A DNA stretch of 64,000 bases, from the NCBI GenBank assembly GCA_964016885.1, contig OZ024750.1:38068001-38132000 (forward strand), in the 5' to 3' direction. The notes under the pieces were generated by a model. The model saw nothing but the letters and a program-made list of their open reading frames with translations. It ran no database searches and was not told where the DNA came from. Positions 14,601 through 29,200 of the stretch are shown here, one piece after another; position 1 is the first letter of the stretch; each line of letters starts with the position of its first letter. Both the position numbers and the translations under genes were made by a program. The DNA is from Eledone cirrhosa (lineage: Eukaryota).

Positions 14601-16238
14601 TAATCTGTACACTGTATGTGATGTAACATGAAGCTATAGCTAACCTGTACACTGTATGTGATGTACCATGAAGCTATGACTAACCTGTACACTGTATGTG
14701 ATGTACCATGAAGCTATAGCTAACCTATACACTGTATGTGATGTACCATGAAGCTATGACTAACCTGTACACTGTATGTGATGTACCATGAAGCTATGAC
14801 TAACCTATACACTGTATGTGATGTACCATGAAGCTATGACTAACCTGTACACTGTATGTGATGTACCATGAAGCTATGACTAACATGTAACCTGTATGTG
14901 ATGTACCATAAAGCTATGACTAACCTGTACACTGTATGTGATGTACCATGAAGCTATGCTAACCTGTACACTGTATGTGATGTACCATGAAGCTATGGCT
15001 AACCTGTACAATGTATGTGATGTACCATGAAGCTATGACTAACCTATACACTGTATGTGATGTACCATGAAGCTATGACTAACCTGTACACTGTCTGTGA
15101 TGTACCATGAAGCTATGGCTAAACTGTACACTGTATGTGACTTACCATGAAGCTATGGCTAACCTGTACACTGTATGTGATGTACCATGAAGCTATGACT
15201 AACCTGTACACTGTATATGATGTACCATGAAGCTATGACTAACATGTACACTGTATGCGATGTACCATGAAGCTATGACTGACCTGTACACTGTATGTGA
15301 TGTACCATGAAGCTATGACTAACCTGTACACTGTATGTGACGTACCATGAAGTTATGACTAACCTGTACACTGTATGTGATGTACCATGAATCTATGGCT
15401 AACCTGTACACTGTATGTGATGTACCATGAAGCTATGACTAACCTATACACTGTATGTGATGTACCATGAAGCTATGACTAACCTGTACACCGTATGTGA
15501 TGTACCATGAAGCTATAACTAACCTATACACTGTATGTGATGTACCATGAAGCTATGACTAACCTGTACACTGTATGTGATGTACCATGAAGCTATGACT
15601 AACATGTAACCTGTATGTGATGTACCATGAAGCTATGACTAACCTGTACACTGTATGTGATGTACCATGAAGCTATGCTAACCTGTACACTGTATGTGAT
15701 GTACCATGAAGCTATGGCTAACCTGTACAATGTATGTGATGTACCATGAAGCTATGACTAACCTATACACTGTATGTGATGTACCATGAAACTATGACTA
15801 ACCTGTACACTGTCTGTGATGTACCATGAAGCTATGGCTAAACTGTACACTGTATGTGACTTACCATGAAGCTATGGCTAACCTGTACACTGTATGTGAT
15901 GTACCATGAAGCTATGACTAACCTGTACACTGTATATGATGTACCATGAAGCTATGACTAACATGTACACTGTATGCGATGTACCATGAAGCTATGACTA
16001 ACCTGTACACTGTATGTGATGTACCATGAAGCTATGACTAACCTGTACACTGTATGTGATGTACCATGAAGCTATGACTAACCTGTACACTGTATGTGAT
16101 GTACCATGAATCTATGGCTAACCTGTACACTGTATGTGATGTACCATGAAGCTATGACTAACCTATACACTGTATGTGATGTACCATGAAGCTATGACTA
16201 ACCTGTACACCGTATGTGATGTACCATGAAGCTATAAC
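11681..16238. repeat. 2279-bp (57-monomer) tandem duplication containing a nested 719-bp (18-monomer) duplication
   Basis: Offset 2279: GAATTC 12110/14389, tgacctg 13001/15280, acgtaccatgaagtt 13061/15340, aactatgact 13511/15790. Nested offset 719: taacatgtaacc 12602/13321, acttacc 12861/13580. Confidence 0.9.
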
Positions 16239-19200
16239 TAACCTATACACTGTATGTGATGTACCATGAAGCTATGACTAACCTGTACACTGTATGTGAT
16301 GTACCATGAAGCTATGACTAACCTATACACTGTATGTGATGTACCATGCAGCTATAACTAACCTGTACACTGTATGTGATGTACCATGAAGCTATAGCTA
16401 ACCTGTACACTGTATGTGATGTACCATGAAGCTATGACTAACCTGTACACTGTATGTGATGTACCATGAAGCTATCACTAACCTGTACACTGTATGTGAT
16501 GTAGAATCCAGCTATAGCTAACCTGTACACTGTATGTGATGTACCATGAAGCTATGACTGACCTGTAAACTGTATGCGATGTACCATGAAGCTATAGCTA
16601 ACCTATACACTCTATGTGATGTACCATGAAGCTATGACTAACCTGTACACTGTATGTGATGTACCATGAAGCTATGGCTAACCTGTACACTGTATGTGAT
16701 GTAACATGAAGCTATAGCTAGCCTGTACACTGTATGTGATGTACCATGAAGCTATGACTAACCTGTACACTGTATGTGATGTACCATGAAGCTATGACTA
16801 ACCTGTACACTGTATGTGATTTACCATGAAGCTATGACTAACATGTACACTGTATGCGACGTACCATGAAGCTATGACTAACCTATACACTGTATGTGAT
16901 GTACCATGAAGCTATGACTAAACTTTACACTGTATGTGATGTACCATGAAGCTATGGCTAACCTGTACACTGTATGTGATGTACCATGAAGCTATGGCTA
17001 ACCTGTACACTGTATGTGATGTACCATGAAGTTATAGCTAATCTGTACACTGTATGTGATGTAACATGAAGCTATAGCTAACCTGTACACTGTATGTGAT
17101 GTACCATGAAGCTATGACTAACCTGTACACTGTATGTGAAGTACCATGAAGCTATAGCTAACCTATACACTGTATGTGATGTACCATGAAGCTATGACTA
17201 ACCTGTACACTGTATCTGATGTACCATGAAGCTATTACTAACCTATACACTGTATGTGATGTACCATGAAGCTATGACTAAACTTTACACTGTATGTGAT
17301 GTACCATGAAGCTATGGCTAACCTGTACACTGTATGCGATGTACCATGAAGCTATGGCTAACCTGTACACTGTATGTGATGTACCATGATGTTATAGCTA
17401 ATCTGTACACTGTATGTGATGTAACATGAAGCTATAGCTAACCTGTACACTGTATGTGATGTACCATGAAGCTATGACTAACCTGTACACTTTATGTGAT
17501 GTACCATGAAGCTATAGCTAACCTATACATTGTATGTGATGTACCATGAAGCTATGACTAACCTGTACACTGTATCTGATGTACCATGAAGCTATAACTA
17601 ACCTATACACTGTATGTGATGTACCATGAAGCTATGACTAACATGTACACTGTATGTGATGTACCATGAAGCTATGCCTAACCTGTACACTGTATGTGAT
17701 GCACCATGAAGCTATGCTAAACGGTACACTGTATGTGATGTACCATGAAGCTATGGCTAACCTGTACAATGTATGTGATGTACCATGAAGCTATGACTAA
17801 CCTATACACTGTATGTGATGTACCATGAAGCTATGACTAACCTGTACACTGTATGTGATGTACCATGAAGCTATGGCTAACCTGTACACTGTATGTGATG
17901 TACCATGAAGCTATGACTAACCTGTACACTGTATGTGATGTACCATGAAGCTATGGCTAACCTGTACACTGTATGTGATGTACCATGAAGCTATGGCTAA
18001 CCTGTACACTGTATGTGATGTACCATGAAGCTATGGCTAACCTGTACACTGTATGTGATGTACCATGAAGCTATAGGTAACCTGTACACTGTATGTGATG
18101 TACCCTGAAGCTATGACTAACCTGTACACTGTATGTGATGTACCATGAAGCTATGGCTAACCTGTACACCGTATGTGATGTAACATGAAGCTATAGCTAA
18201 CCTGTACACTGTATGTGATGTACCATGAAGCTATGACTAACCTGTACACTGTATGTGATGTACCATGAAGCTATGACTAACCTGTACACTGTATGTGATG
18301 TACCATGAAGCTATGGCTATCATGTACACTGTATGTGATGTACCATGAAGCGATGGCTAACCTGTACACTGTATGTGATGTACCATGAAGCTATGGCTAA
18401 CCTGTACACTGTATGTGATGTGCCATGAAGCTATGGCTAACCTGTACACTGTATGTGATGTACCATGAAGCTATGACTAACCTGTACACTGTATATGATG
18501 TACCATGAAGCTATGACTAACATGTACACTGTATGCGATGTACCATGAAGCTATGACTAACCTGTACACTGTATGTGATGTACCATGAAGCTATAACTAA
18601 CCTGTACACTGTATGTGATGTACCATGAAGCTATAGGTAACCTCTACACTGTATGTGATGTACCATGAAGCTATGACTAACCTGTACACTGTATGTGATT
18701 TACCATGAAGCTATGACTAACCTTTACACTGTATGTGATGTACCATGAAGCTTTGGCTAACATGTACACTGTGTGTGATGTACCATGAAGCTATGACTAA
18801 CCTGTACACTGTATGTGATGTACCATGAAGCTATGGCTAACCTGTACACTGTATGTGATGAACCATGAGGCTATGACTAACCTGTACACTGTATGTGATG
18901 TTCCATGAAGCTATGACTAACCTGTACACTGTATGTGATGTACCATGAAGCTATGGCTAACCTGTACACTGTATGTGATGTACCATGAAGCTATGACTAA
19001 CTTGTACACTGTATATGATGTACCATGAAGCTATGACTAACATGTACACTGTATGCGATGTACCATGAAGCTATGACTAACCTGTACACTGTATGTGATG
19101 TACCATGAAGCTATGACTAACCTGTACACTGTATGTGATGTACCATGAAGCTATGGCTAACCTGTACACTGTATGTGATGTAACATGAAGCTATAGCTAA

Positions 19201-22200
19201 CCTGTACACTGTATGTGATGTACCATGAAGCTATGACTAACCCGTACACTGTATGTGATGTAACATGAAGCTATAGCTAACCTCTACACTGTATGTGATG
19301 TACCATGAAGCTATGATTAACCTGTACACTGTATGTGATGTACCATGAAGCTATAGCTAACCTATACACTGTATGTGATGTACCATGAAGCTATGACTAA
19401 TCTGTACACTGTATGTGATGTACCATGAAGCTATGGCTAACCTGTACACCGTATGTGATGTAACATGAAGCTATAGCTAACCTGTACACTGTATGTGATG
19501 TACCATGAAGCTATGACTAACCTGTACACTGTATGTGATGTACCATGAAGCTATGACTAACCTGTACACTGTATGTGATGTACCATGAAGCTATCACTAA
19601 CCTGTACACTGTATGTGATGTACCATGAAGCTATGACTAACCTGTACACTGTATGTGATGTACCATGAAGCTATGACTAACCTATACACTGTATTTGATG
19701 TACCATGAAGCTATGACTAACCTTTACACTGTATGTGATGTACCATGAATTCTATGACTAACCTGTACACTCTATGTGATGTACCATGAAGCTATGACTA
19801 ACCTATACACTGTATGTGATGTACCATGAAGCTATGACTAACCTTTACACTGTATGTGATGTACCATGAAGCTATGGCTAACCTGTACACTGTATGTGAT
19901 GTACCATGAAGCTATGGCCAACCTGTACACTGTATGTGATGTACCATGAAGTTATAGCTAATCTGTACACTGTATGTGATGTAACATGAAGCTATAGCTA
20001 ACCTGTACACTGTATGTGATGTACCATGAAGCTATGACTAACCTGTACACTGTATGTAATGTACCATGAAGCTATAGCTAACCTATACACTTTATGTGAT
20101 GTACCATGAAGCTATGACTAACCTGTACACTGTATGTGATGTCCCATGAAGCTATGACTAACCTATACACTGTATGTGATGTACCATGAAGCTATGACTA
20201 ACCTGTACACTGTATGTGATGTACCATGAAGCTATGACTAACATGTAACCTGTATGTGATGTACCATGAAGCTATGACTAACCTGTACACTGTATGTGAT
20301 GTACCATGAAGCTATGGCTAACCTGTACAATGTATGTGATGTACCATGAAGCTATGACTAACCTATACACTGTATGTGATGTACCATGAAGCTATGACTA
20401 ACCTGTACACTGTCTGTGATGTACCATGAAGCTATGGCTAAACTGTACACTGTATGTGACTTACCATGAAGCTATGGCTAACCTGTACACTGTATGTGAT
20501 GTACCATGAAGCTATGACTAACCTGTACACTGTATATGATGTACCATGAAGCTATGACTAACATGTACACTGTATGCGATGTACCATGAAGCTATGACTG
20601 ACCTGTACACTGTATGTGATGTACCATGAAGCTATGACTAACCTGTACACTGTATGTGATGTACCATGAAGCTATGACTAACCTGTACACTGTATGTGAT
20701 GTACCATGAATCTATGGCTAACCTGTACACTGTATGTGATGTACCATGAAGCTATGACTAACCTATACACTGTATGTGATGTACCATGAAGCTATGACTA
20801 ATCTGTACACCGTATGTGATGTACCATGAAGCTATAACTAACCTATACACTGTATGTGATGTACCATGAAGCTATGACTAACCTGTACACTGTATGTGAT
20901 GTACCATGAAGCTATGACTAACATGTAACCTGTATGTGATGTACCATGAAGCTATGACTAACCTGTACACTGTATGTGATGTACCATGAAGCTATGCTAA
21001 CCTGTACACTGTATGTGATGTACCATGAAGCTATGGCTAACCTGTACAATGTATGTGATGTACCATGAAGCTATGACTAACCTATACACTGTATGTGATG
21101 TACCATGAAACTATGACTAACCTGTACACTGTCTGTGATGTACCATGAAGCTATGGCTAAACTGTACACTGTATGTGACTTACCATGAAGCTATGGCTAA
21201 CCTGTACAATGTATGTGATGTACCATGAAGCTATGACTAACCTGTACACTGTATATGATGTACCATGAAGCTATGACTAACATGTACACTGTATGCGATG
21301 TACCATGAAGCTATGACTAACCTGTACACTGTATGTGATGTACCATGAAGCTATGACTAACCTGTACACTGTATGTGATGTACCATGAAGCTATGACTAA
21401 CCTGTACACTGTATGTGATGTACCATGAATCTATGGCTAACCTGTACACTGTATGTGATGTACCATGAAGCTATGACTAACCTATACACTGTATGTGATG
21501 TACCATGAAGCTATGACTAACCTGTACACCGTATGTGATGTACCATGAAGCTATAACTAACCTATACACTGTATGTGATGTACCATGAAGCTATGACTAA
21601 CCTGTACACTGTATGTGATGTACCATGAAGCTATGACTAACCTATACACTGTATGTGATGTACCATGCAGCTATAACTAACCTATACACTGTATGTGATG
21701 TACCATGAAGCTATAGCTAACCTGTACACTGTATGTGATGTACCATGAAGCTATGACTAACCTGTACACTGTATGTGATGTACCATGAAGCTATCACTAA
21801 CCTGTACACTGTATGTGATGTAGAATCCAGCTATAGCTAACCTGTACACTGTATGTGATGTACCATGAAGCTATGACTAACCTGTAAACTGTATGCGATG
21901 TACCATGAAGCTATAGCTAACCTATACACTCTATGTGATGTACCATGAAGCTATGACTAACCTGTACACTGTATGTGATGTACCATGAAGCTATGGCTAA
22001 CCTGTACACTGTATGTGATGTAACATGAAGCTATAGCTAGCCTGTACACTGTATGTGATGTACCATGAAGCTATGACTAACCTGTACACTGTATGTGATG
22101 TACCATGAAGCTATGACTAACCTGTACACTGTATGTGATTTACCATGAAGCTATGACTAACATGTACACTGTATGCGACGTACCATGAAGCTATGACTAA

Positions 22201-25200
22201 CCTATACACTGTATGTGATGTACCATGAAGCTATGACTAAACTTTACACTGTATGTGATGTACCATGAAGCTATGGCTAACCTGTACACTGTATGTGATG
22301 TACCATGAAGCTATGGCTAACCTGTACACTGTATGTGATGTACCATGAAGTTATAGCTAATCTGTACACTGTATGTGATGTAACATGAAGCTATAGCTAA
22401 CCTGTACACTGTATGTGATGTACCATGAAGCTATGACTAACCTGTACACTGTATGTGAAGTACCATGAAGCTATAGCTAACCTATACACTGTATGTGATG
22501 TACCATGAAGCTATGACTAACCTGTACACTGTATCTGATGTACCATGAAGCTATTACTAACCTATACACTGTATGTGATGTACCATGAAGCTATGACTAA
22601 ACTTTACACTGTATGTGATGTACCATGAAGCTATGGCTAACCTGTACACTGTATGCGATGTACCATGAAGCTATGGCTAACCTGTACACTGTATGTGATG
22701 TACCATGAAGTTATAGCTAATCTGTACACTGTATGTGATGTAACATGAAGCTATAGCTAACCTGTACACTGTATGTGATGTACCATGAAGCTATGACTAA
22801 CCTGTACACTTTATGTGATGTACCATGAAGCTATAGCTAACCTATACATTGTATGTGATGTACCATGAAGCTATGACTAACCTGTACACTGTATCTGATG
22901 TACCATGAAGCTATAACTAACCTATACACTGTATGTGATGTACCATGAAGCTATGACTAACATGTACACTGTATGTGATGTACCATGAAGCTATGCCTAA
23001 CCTGTACACTGTATGTGATGCACCATGAAGCTATGCTAAACGGTACACTGTATGTGATGTACCATGAAGCTATGGCTAACCTGTACAATGTATGTGATGT
23101 ACCATGAAGCTATGACTAACCTATACACTGTATGTGATGTACCATGAAGCTATGACTAACCTGTACACTGTATGTGATGTACCATGAAGCTATGGCTAAC
23201 CTGTACACTGTATGTGATGTACCATGAAGCTATGACTAACCTGTACACTGTATGTGATGTACCATGAAGCTATGGCTAACCTGTACACTGTATGTGATGT
23301 ACCATGAAGCTATGGCTAACCTGTACACTGTATGTGATGTACCATGAAGCTATGGCTAACCTGTACACTGTATGTGATGTACCATGAAGCTATAGGTAAC
23401 CTGTACACTGTATGTGATGTACCCTGAAGCTATGACTAACCTGTACACTGTATGTGATGTACCATGAAGCTATGGCTAACCTGTACACCGTATGTGATGT
23501 AACATGAAGCTATAGCTAACCTGTACACTGTATGTGATGTACCATGAAGCTATGACTAACCTGTACACTGTATGTGATGTACCATGAAGCTATGACTAAC
23601 CTGTACACTGTATGTGATGTACCATGAAGCTATGGCTATCATGTACACTGTATGTGATGTACCATGAAGCGATGGCTAACCTGTACACTGTATGTGATGT
23701 ACCATGAAGCTATGGCTAACCTGTACACTGTATGTGATGTGCCATGAAGCTATGGCTAACCTGTACACTGTATGTGATGTACCATGAAGCTATGACTAAC
23801 CTGTACACTGTATATGATGTACCATGAAGCTATGACTAACATGTACACTGTATGCGATGTACCATGAAGCTATGACTAACCTGTACACTGTATGTGATGT
23901 ACCATGAAGCTATAACTAACCTGTACACTGTATGTGATGTACCATGAAGCTATAGGTAACCTCTACACTGTATGTGATGTACCATGAAGCTATGACTAAC
24001 CTGTACACTGTATGTGATTTACCATGAAGCTATGACTAACCTTTACACTGTATGTGATGTACCATGAAGCTTTGGCTAACATGTACACTGTGTGTGATGT
24101 ACCATGAAGCTATGACTAACCTGTACACTGTATGTGATGTACCATGAAGCTATGGCTAACCTGTACACTGTATGTGATGAACCATGAGGCTATGACTAAC
24201 CTGTACACTGTATGTGATGTTCCATGAAGCTATGACTAACCTGTACACTGTATGTGATGTACCATGAAGCTATGGCTAACCTGTACACTGTATGTGATGT
24301 ACCATGAAGCTATGACTAACTTGTACACTGTATATGATGTACCATGAAGCTATGACTAACATGTACACTGTATGCGATGTACCATGAAGCTATGACTAAC
24401 CTGTACACTGTATGTGATGTACCATGAAGCTATGACTAACCTGTACACTGTATGTGATGTACCATGAAGCTATGGCTAACCTGTACACTGTATGTGATGT
24501 AACATGAAGCTATAGCTAACCTGTACACTGTATGTGATGTACCATGAAGCTATGACTAACCCGTACACTGTATGTGATGTAACATGAAGCTATAGCTAAC
24601 CTCTACACTGTATGTGATGTACCATGAAGCTATGATTAACCTGTACACTGTATGTGATGTACCATGAAGCTATAGCTAACCTATACACTGTATGTGATGT
24701 ACCATGAAGCTATGACTAATCTGTACACTGTATGTGATGTACCATGAAGCTATGGCTAACCTGTACACCGTATGTGATGTAACATGAAGCTATAGCTAAC
24801 CTGTACACTGTATGTGATGTACCATGAAGCTATGACTAACCTGTACACTGTATGTGATGTACCATGAAGCTATGACTAACCTGTACACTGTATGTGATGT
24901 ACCATGAAGCTATCACTAACCTGTACACTGTATGTGATGTACCATGAAGCTATGACTAACCTGTACACTGTATGTGATGTACCATGAAGCTATGACTAAC
25001 CTATACACTGTATTTGATGTACCATGAAGCTATGACTAACCTTTACACTGTATGTGATGTACCATGAATTCTATGACTAACCTGTACACTCTATGTGATG
25101 TACCATGAAGCTATGACTAACCTATACACTGTATGTGATGTACCATGAAGCTATGACTAACCTTTACACTGTATGTGATGTACCATGAAGCTATGGCTAA

Positions 25201-26230
25201 CCTGTACACTGTATGTGATGTACCATGAAGCTATGGCCAACCTGTACACTGTATGTGATGTACCATGAAGTTATAGCTAATCTGTACACTGTATGTGATG
25301 TAACATGAAGCTATAGCTAACCTGTACACTGTATGTGATGTACCATGAAGCTATGACTAACCTGTACACTGTATGTAATGTACCATGAAGCTATAGCTAA
25401 CCTATACACTTTATGTGATGTACCATGAAGCTATGACTAACCTGTACACTGTATGTGATGTCCCATGAAGCTATGACTAACCTATACACTGTATGTGATG
25501 TACCATGAAGCTATGACTAACCTGTACACTGTATGTGATGTACCATGAAGCTATGACTAACATGTAACCTGTATGTGATGTACCATGAAGCTATGACTAA
25601 CCTGTACACTGTATGTGATGTACCATGAAGCTATGGCTAACCTGTACAATGTATGTGATGTACCATGAAGCTATGACTAACCTATACACTGTATGTGATG
25701 TACCATGAAGCTATGACTAACCTGTACACTGTCTGTGATGTACCATGAAGCTATGGCTAAACTGTACACTGTATGTGACTTACCATGAAGCTATGGCTAA
25801 CCTGTACACTGTATGTGATGTACCATGAAGCTATGACTAACCTGTACACTGTATATGATGTACCATGAAGCTATGACTAACATGTACACTGTATGCGATG
25901 TACCATGAAGCTATGACTGACCTGTACACTGTATGTGATGTACCATGAAGCTATGACTAACCTGTACACTGTATGTGATGTACCATGAAGCTATGACTAA
26001 CCTGTACACTGTATGTGATGTACCATGAATCTATGGCTAACCTGTACACTGTATGTGATGTACCATGAAGCTATGACTAACCTATACACTGTATGTGATG
26101 TACCATGAAGCTATGACTAACCTGTACACCGTATGTGATGTACCATGAAGCTATAACTAACCTATACACTGTATGTGATGTACCATGAAGCTATGACTAA
26201 CCTGTACACTGTATGTGATGTACCATGAAG
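14960..26230. repeat. 5319-bp (133-monomer) tandem duplication, ~2.1 copies
   Basis: Offset 5319: tagaatccag 16502/21821, aaacggtac 17719/23038, tgccatg 18421/23740, AAGCTT 18748/24067, GAATTC 19747/25066, ctatggccaa 19912/25231, gtcccatg 20141/25460. Confidence 0.92.
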
Positions 26231-29200
26231 CTATGACTAACCTATACACTGTATGTGATGTACCATGCAGCTATGACTAACCTGTACACTGTATGTGATG
26301 TACCATGAAGCTATAGCTAACCTGTACACTGTATGTGATGTACCATGAAGCTATGACTAACCTGTACACTGTATGTGATGTACCATGAAGCTATGACTAA
26401 CCTGTACACTGTATGTGATGTAGCATGAAGCTATTGCTAACCTGTACACTGTATGTGATGTACGATGAAGCTATGACTAACCTGTACACTGTATGCGATG
26501 TACCATGAAGCTATAGCTAACCTATACACTCTATGTGATGTACCATGAAGCTATGACTAACCTGTACACTGTATGTGATGTACCATGAAGCTATGGCTAA
26601 CCTGTACACTGTATGTGATGTACCATGAAGCTATGACTAACCTGTACACTGTATGTGATGTACCATGAAGCTATGACTAACCTGTACACTGTATGTGATT
26701 TACCATGAAGCTATGACTAACATGTACACTGTATGCGATGTACCATGAAGCTATGACTAACCTATACACTGTATGTGATGTACCATGAAGCTATGACTAA
26801 ACTTTACACTGTATGTGATGTACCATGAAGCTATGGCTAACCTGTACACTGTATGTGATGTACCATGAAGCTATGGCTAACCTGTACACTGTATGTGATG
26901 TACCATGAAGTTATAGCTAATCTGTACACTGTATGTGATGTAACATGAAGCTATAGCTAACCTGTACACTGTATGTGATGTACCATGAAGCTATGACTAA
27001 CCTGTACACTGTATGTGATGTACCATGAAGCTATGACTAACCTGTACACTGTATGTGATGTACCATGAAGCTATGGCTATCATGTACACTGTATGTGATG
27101 TACCATGAAGCGATGGCTAACCTGTACACTGTATGTGATGTACCATGAAGCTATGGCTAACTTGTACACTGTATGTGATGTACCATGAAGCTATGGCTAA
27201 CCTGTACACTGTATGTGATGTACCATGAAGCTATGACTAACCTGTACACTGTATATGATGTACCATGAAGCTATGACTAACATGTACACTGTATGCGATG
27301 TACCATGAAGCTATGACTAACCTGTACACTGTATGTGATGTACCATGAAGCTATAACTAACCTGTACACTGTATGTGATGTACCATGAAGCTATAGGTAA
27401 CCTCGACACTGTATGTGATGTACCATGAAGCTATGACTAACCTGTACACTGTATGTGATTTACCATGAAGCTATGACTAACCTTTACACTGTATGTGATG
27501 TACCATGAAGCTTTGGCTAACATGTACACTGTATGTGATGTACCATGAAGCTATGACTAACCTGTACACTGTATGTGATGTACCATGAAGCTATGGCTAA
27601 CCTGTACACTGTATGTGATGAACCATGAAGCTATGACTAACCTGTACACTGTATGTGATGTTCCATGAAGCTATGACTAACCTGTACACTGTATGTGATG
27701 TACCATGAAGCTATGGCTAACCTGTACACTGTATGTGATGTACCATGAAGCTATGACTAACTTGTACACTGTATATGATGTACCATGAAGCTATGACTAA
27801 CATGTACACTGTATGCGATGTACCATGAAGCTATGACTAACCTGTACACTGTATGTGATGTACCATGAAGCTATGACTAACCTGTACACTGTATGTGATG
27901 TACCATGAAGCTATGGCTAACCTGTACACTGTATGTGATGTAACATGAAGCTATAGCTAACCTGTACACTGTATGTGATGTACCATGAAGCTATGACTAA
28001 CCTGTACACTGTATGTGATGTACCATGAAGCTATGACTAACCCGTACACTGTATGTGATGTAACATGAAGCTATAGCTAACCTCTACACTGTATGTGATG
28101 TACCATGAAGCTATGATTAACCTGTACACTGTATGTGATGTACCATGAAGCTATAGCTAACCTATACACTGTATGTGATGTACCATGAAGCTATGACTAA
28201 TCTGTACACTGTATGTGATGTACCATGAAGCTATGGCTAACCTGTACACCGTATGTGATGTAACATGAAGCTATAGCTAACCTGTACACTGTATGTGATG
28301 TACCATGAAGCTATGACTAACCTGTACACTGTATGTGATGTACCATGAAGCTATCACTAACCTGTACACTGTATGTGATGTACCATGAAGCTATGACTAA
28401 CCTGTACACTGTATGTGATGTACCATGAAGCTATGACTAACCTATACACTGTATTTGATGTACCATGAAGCTATGACTAACCTTTACACTGTATGTGATG
28501 TACCATGAATTCTATGACTAACCTGTACACTCTATGTGATGTACCATGAAGCTATGACTAACCTATACACTGTATGTGATGTACCATGAAGCTATGACTA
28601 ACCTTTACACTGTATGTGATGTACCATGAAGCTATGGCTAACCTGTACACTGTATGTGATGTACCATGAAGCTATGGCTAACCTGTACACTGTATGTGAT
28701 GTACCATGAAGTTATAGCTAATCTGTACACTGTATGTGATGTAACATGAAGCTATAGCTAACCTGTACACTGTATGTGATGTACCATGAAGCTATGACTA
28801 ACCTGTACACTGTATGTGATGTACCATGAAGCTATAGCTAACCTATACACTGTATGTGATGTACCATGAAGCTATGACTAACCTGTACACTGTATGTGAT
28901 GTACCATGAAGCTATGACTAACCTGTACACTGTATGTGATGTACCATGAATCTATGGCTAACCTGTACACTGTATGTGATGTACCATGAAGCTATGACTA
29001 ACCTATACACTGTATGTGATGTACCATGAAGCTATGACTAACCTGTACACCGTATGTGATGTACCATGAAGCTATAACTAACCTATACACTGTATGTGAT
29101 GTACCATGAAGCTATGACTAACCTGTACACTGTATGTGATGTACCATGAAGCTATGACTAACCTATACACTGTATGTGATGTACCATGCAGCTATGACTA

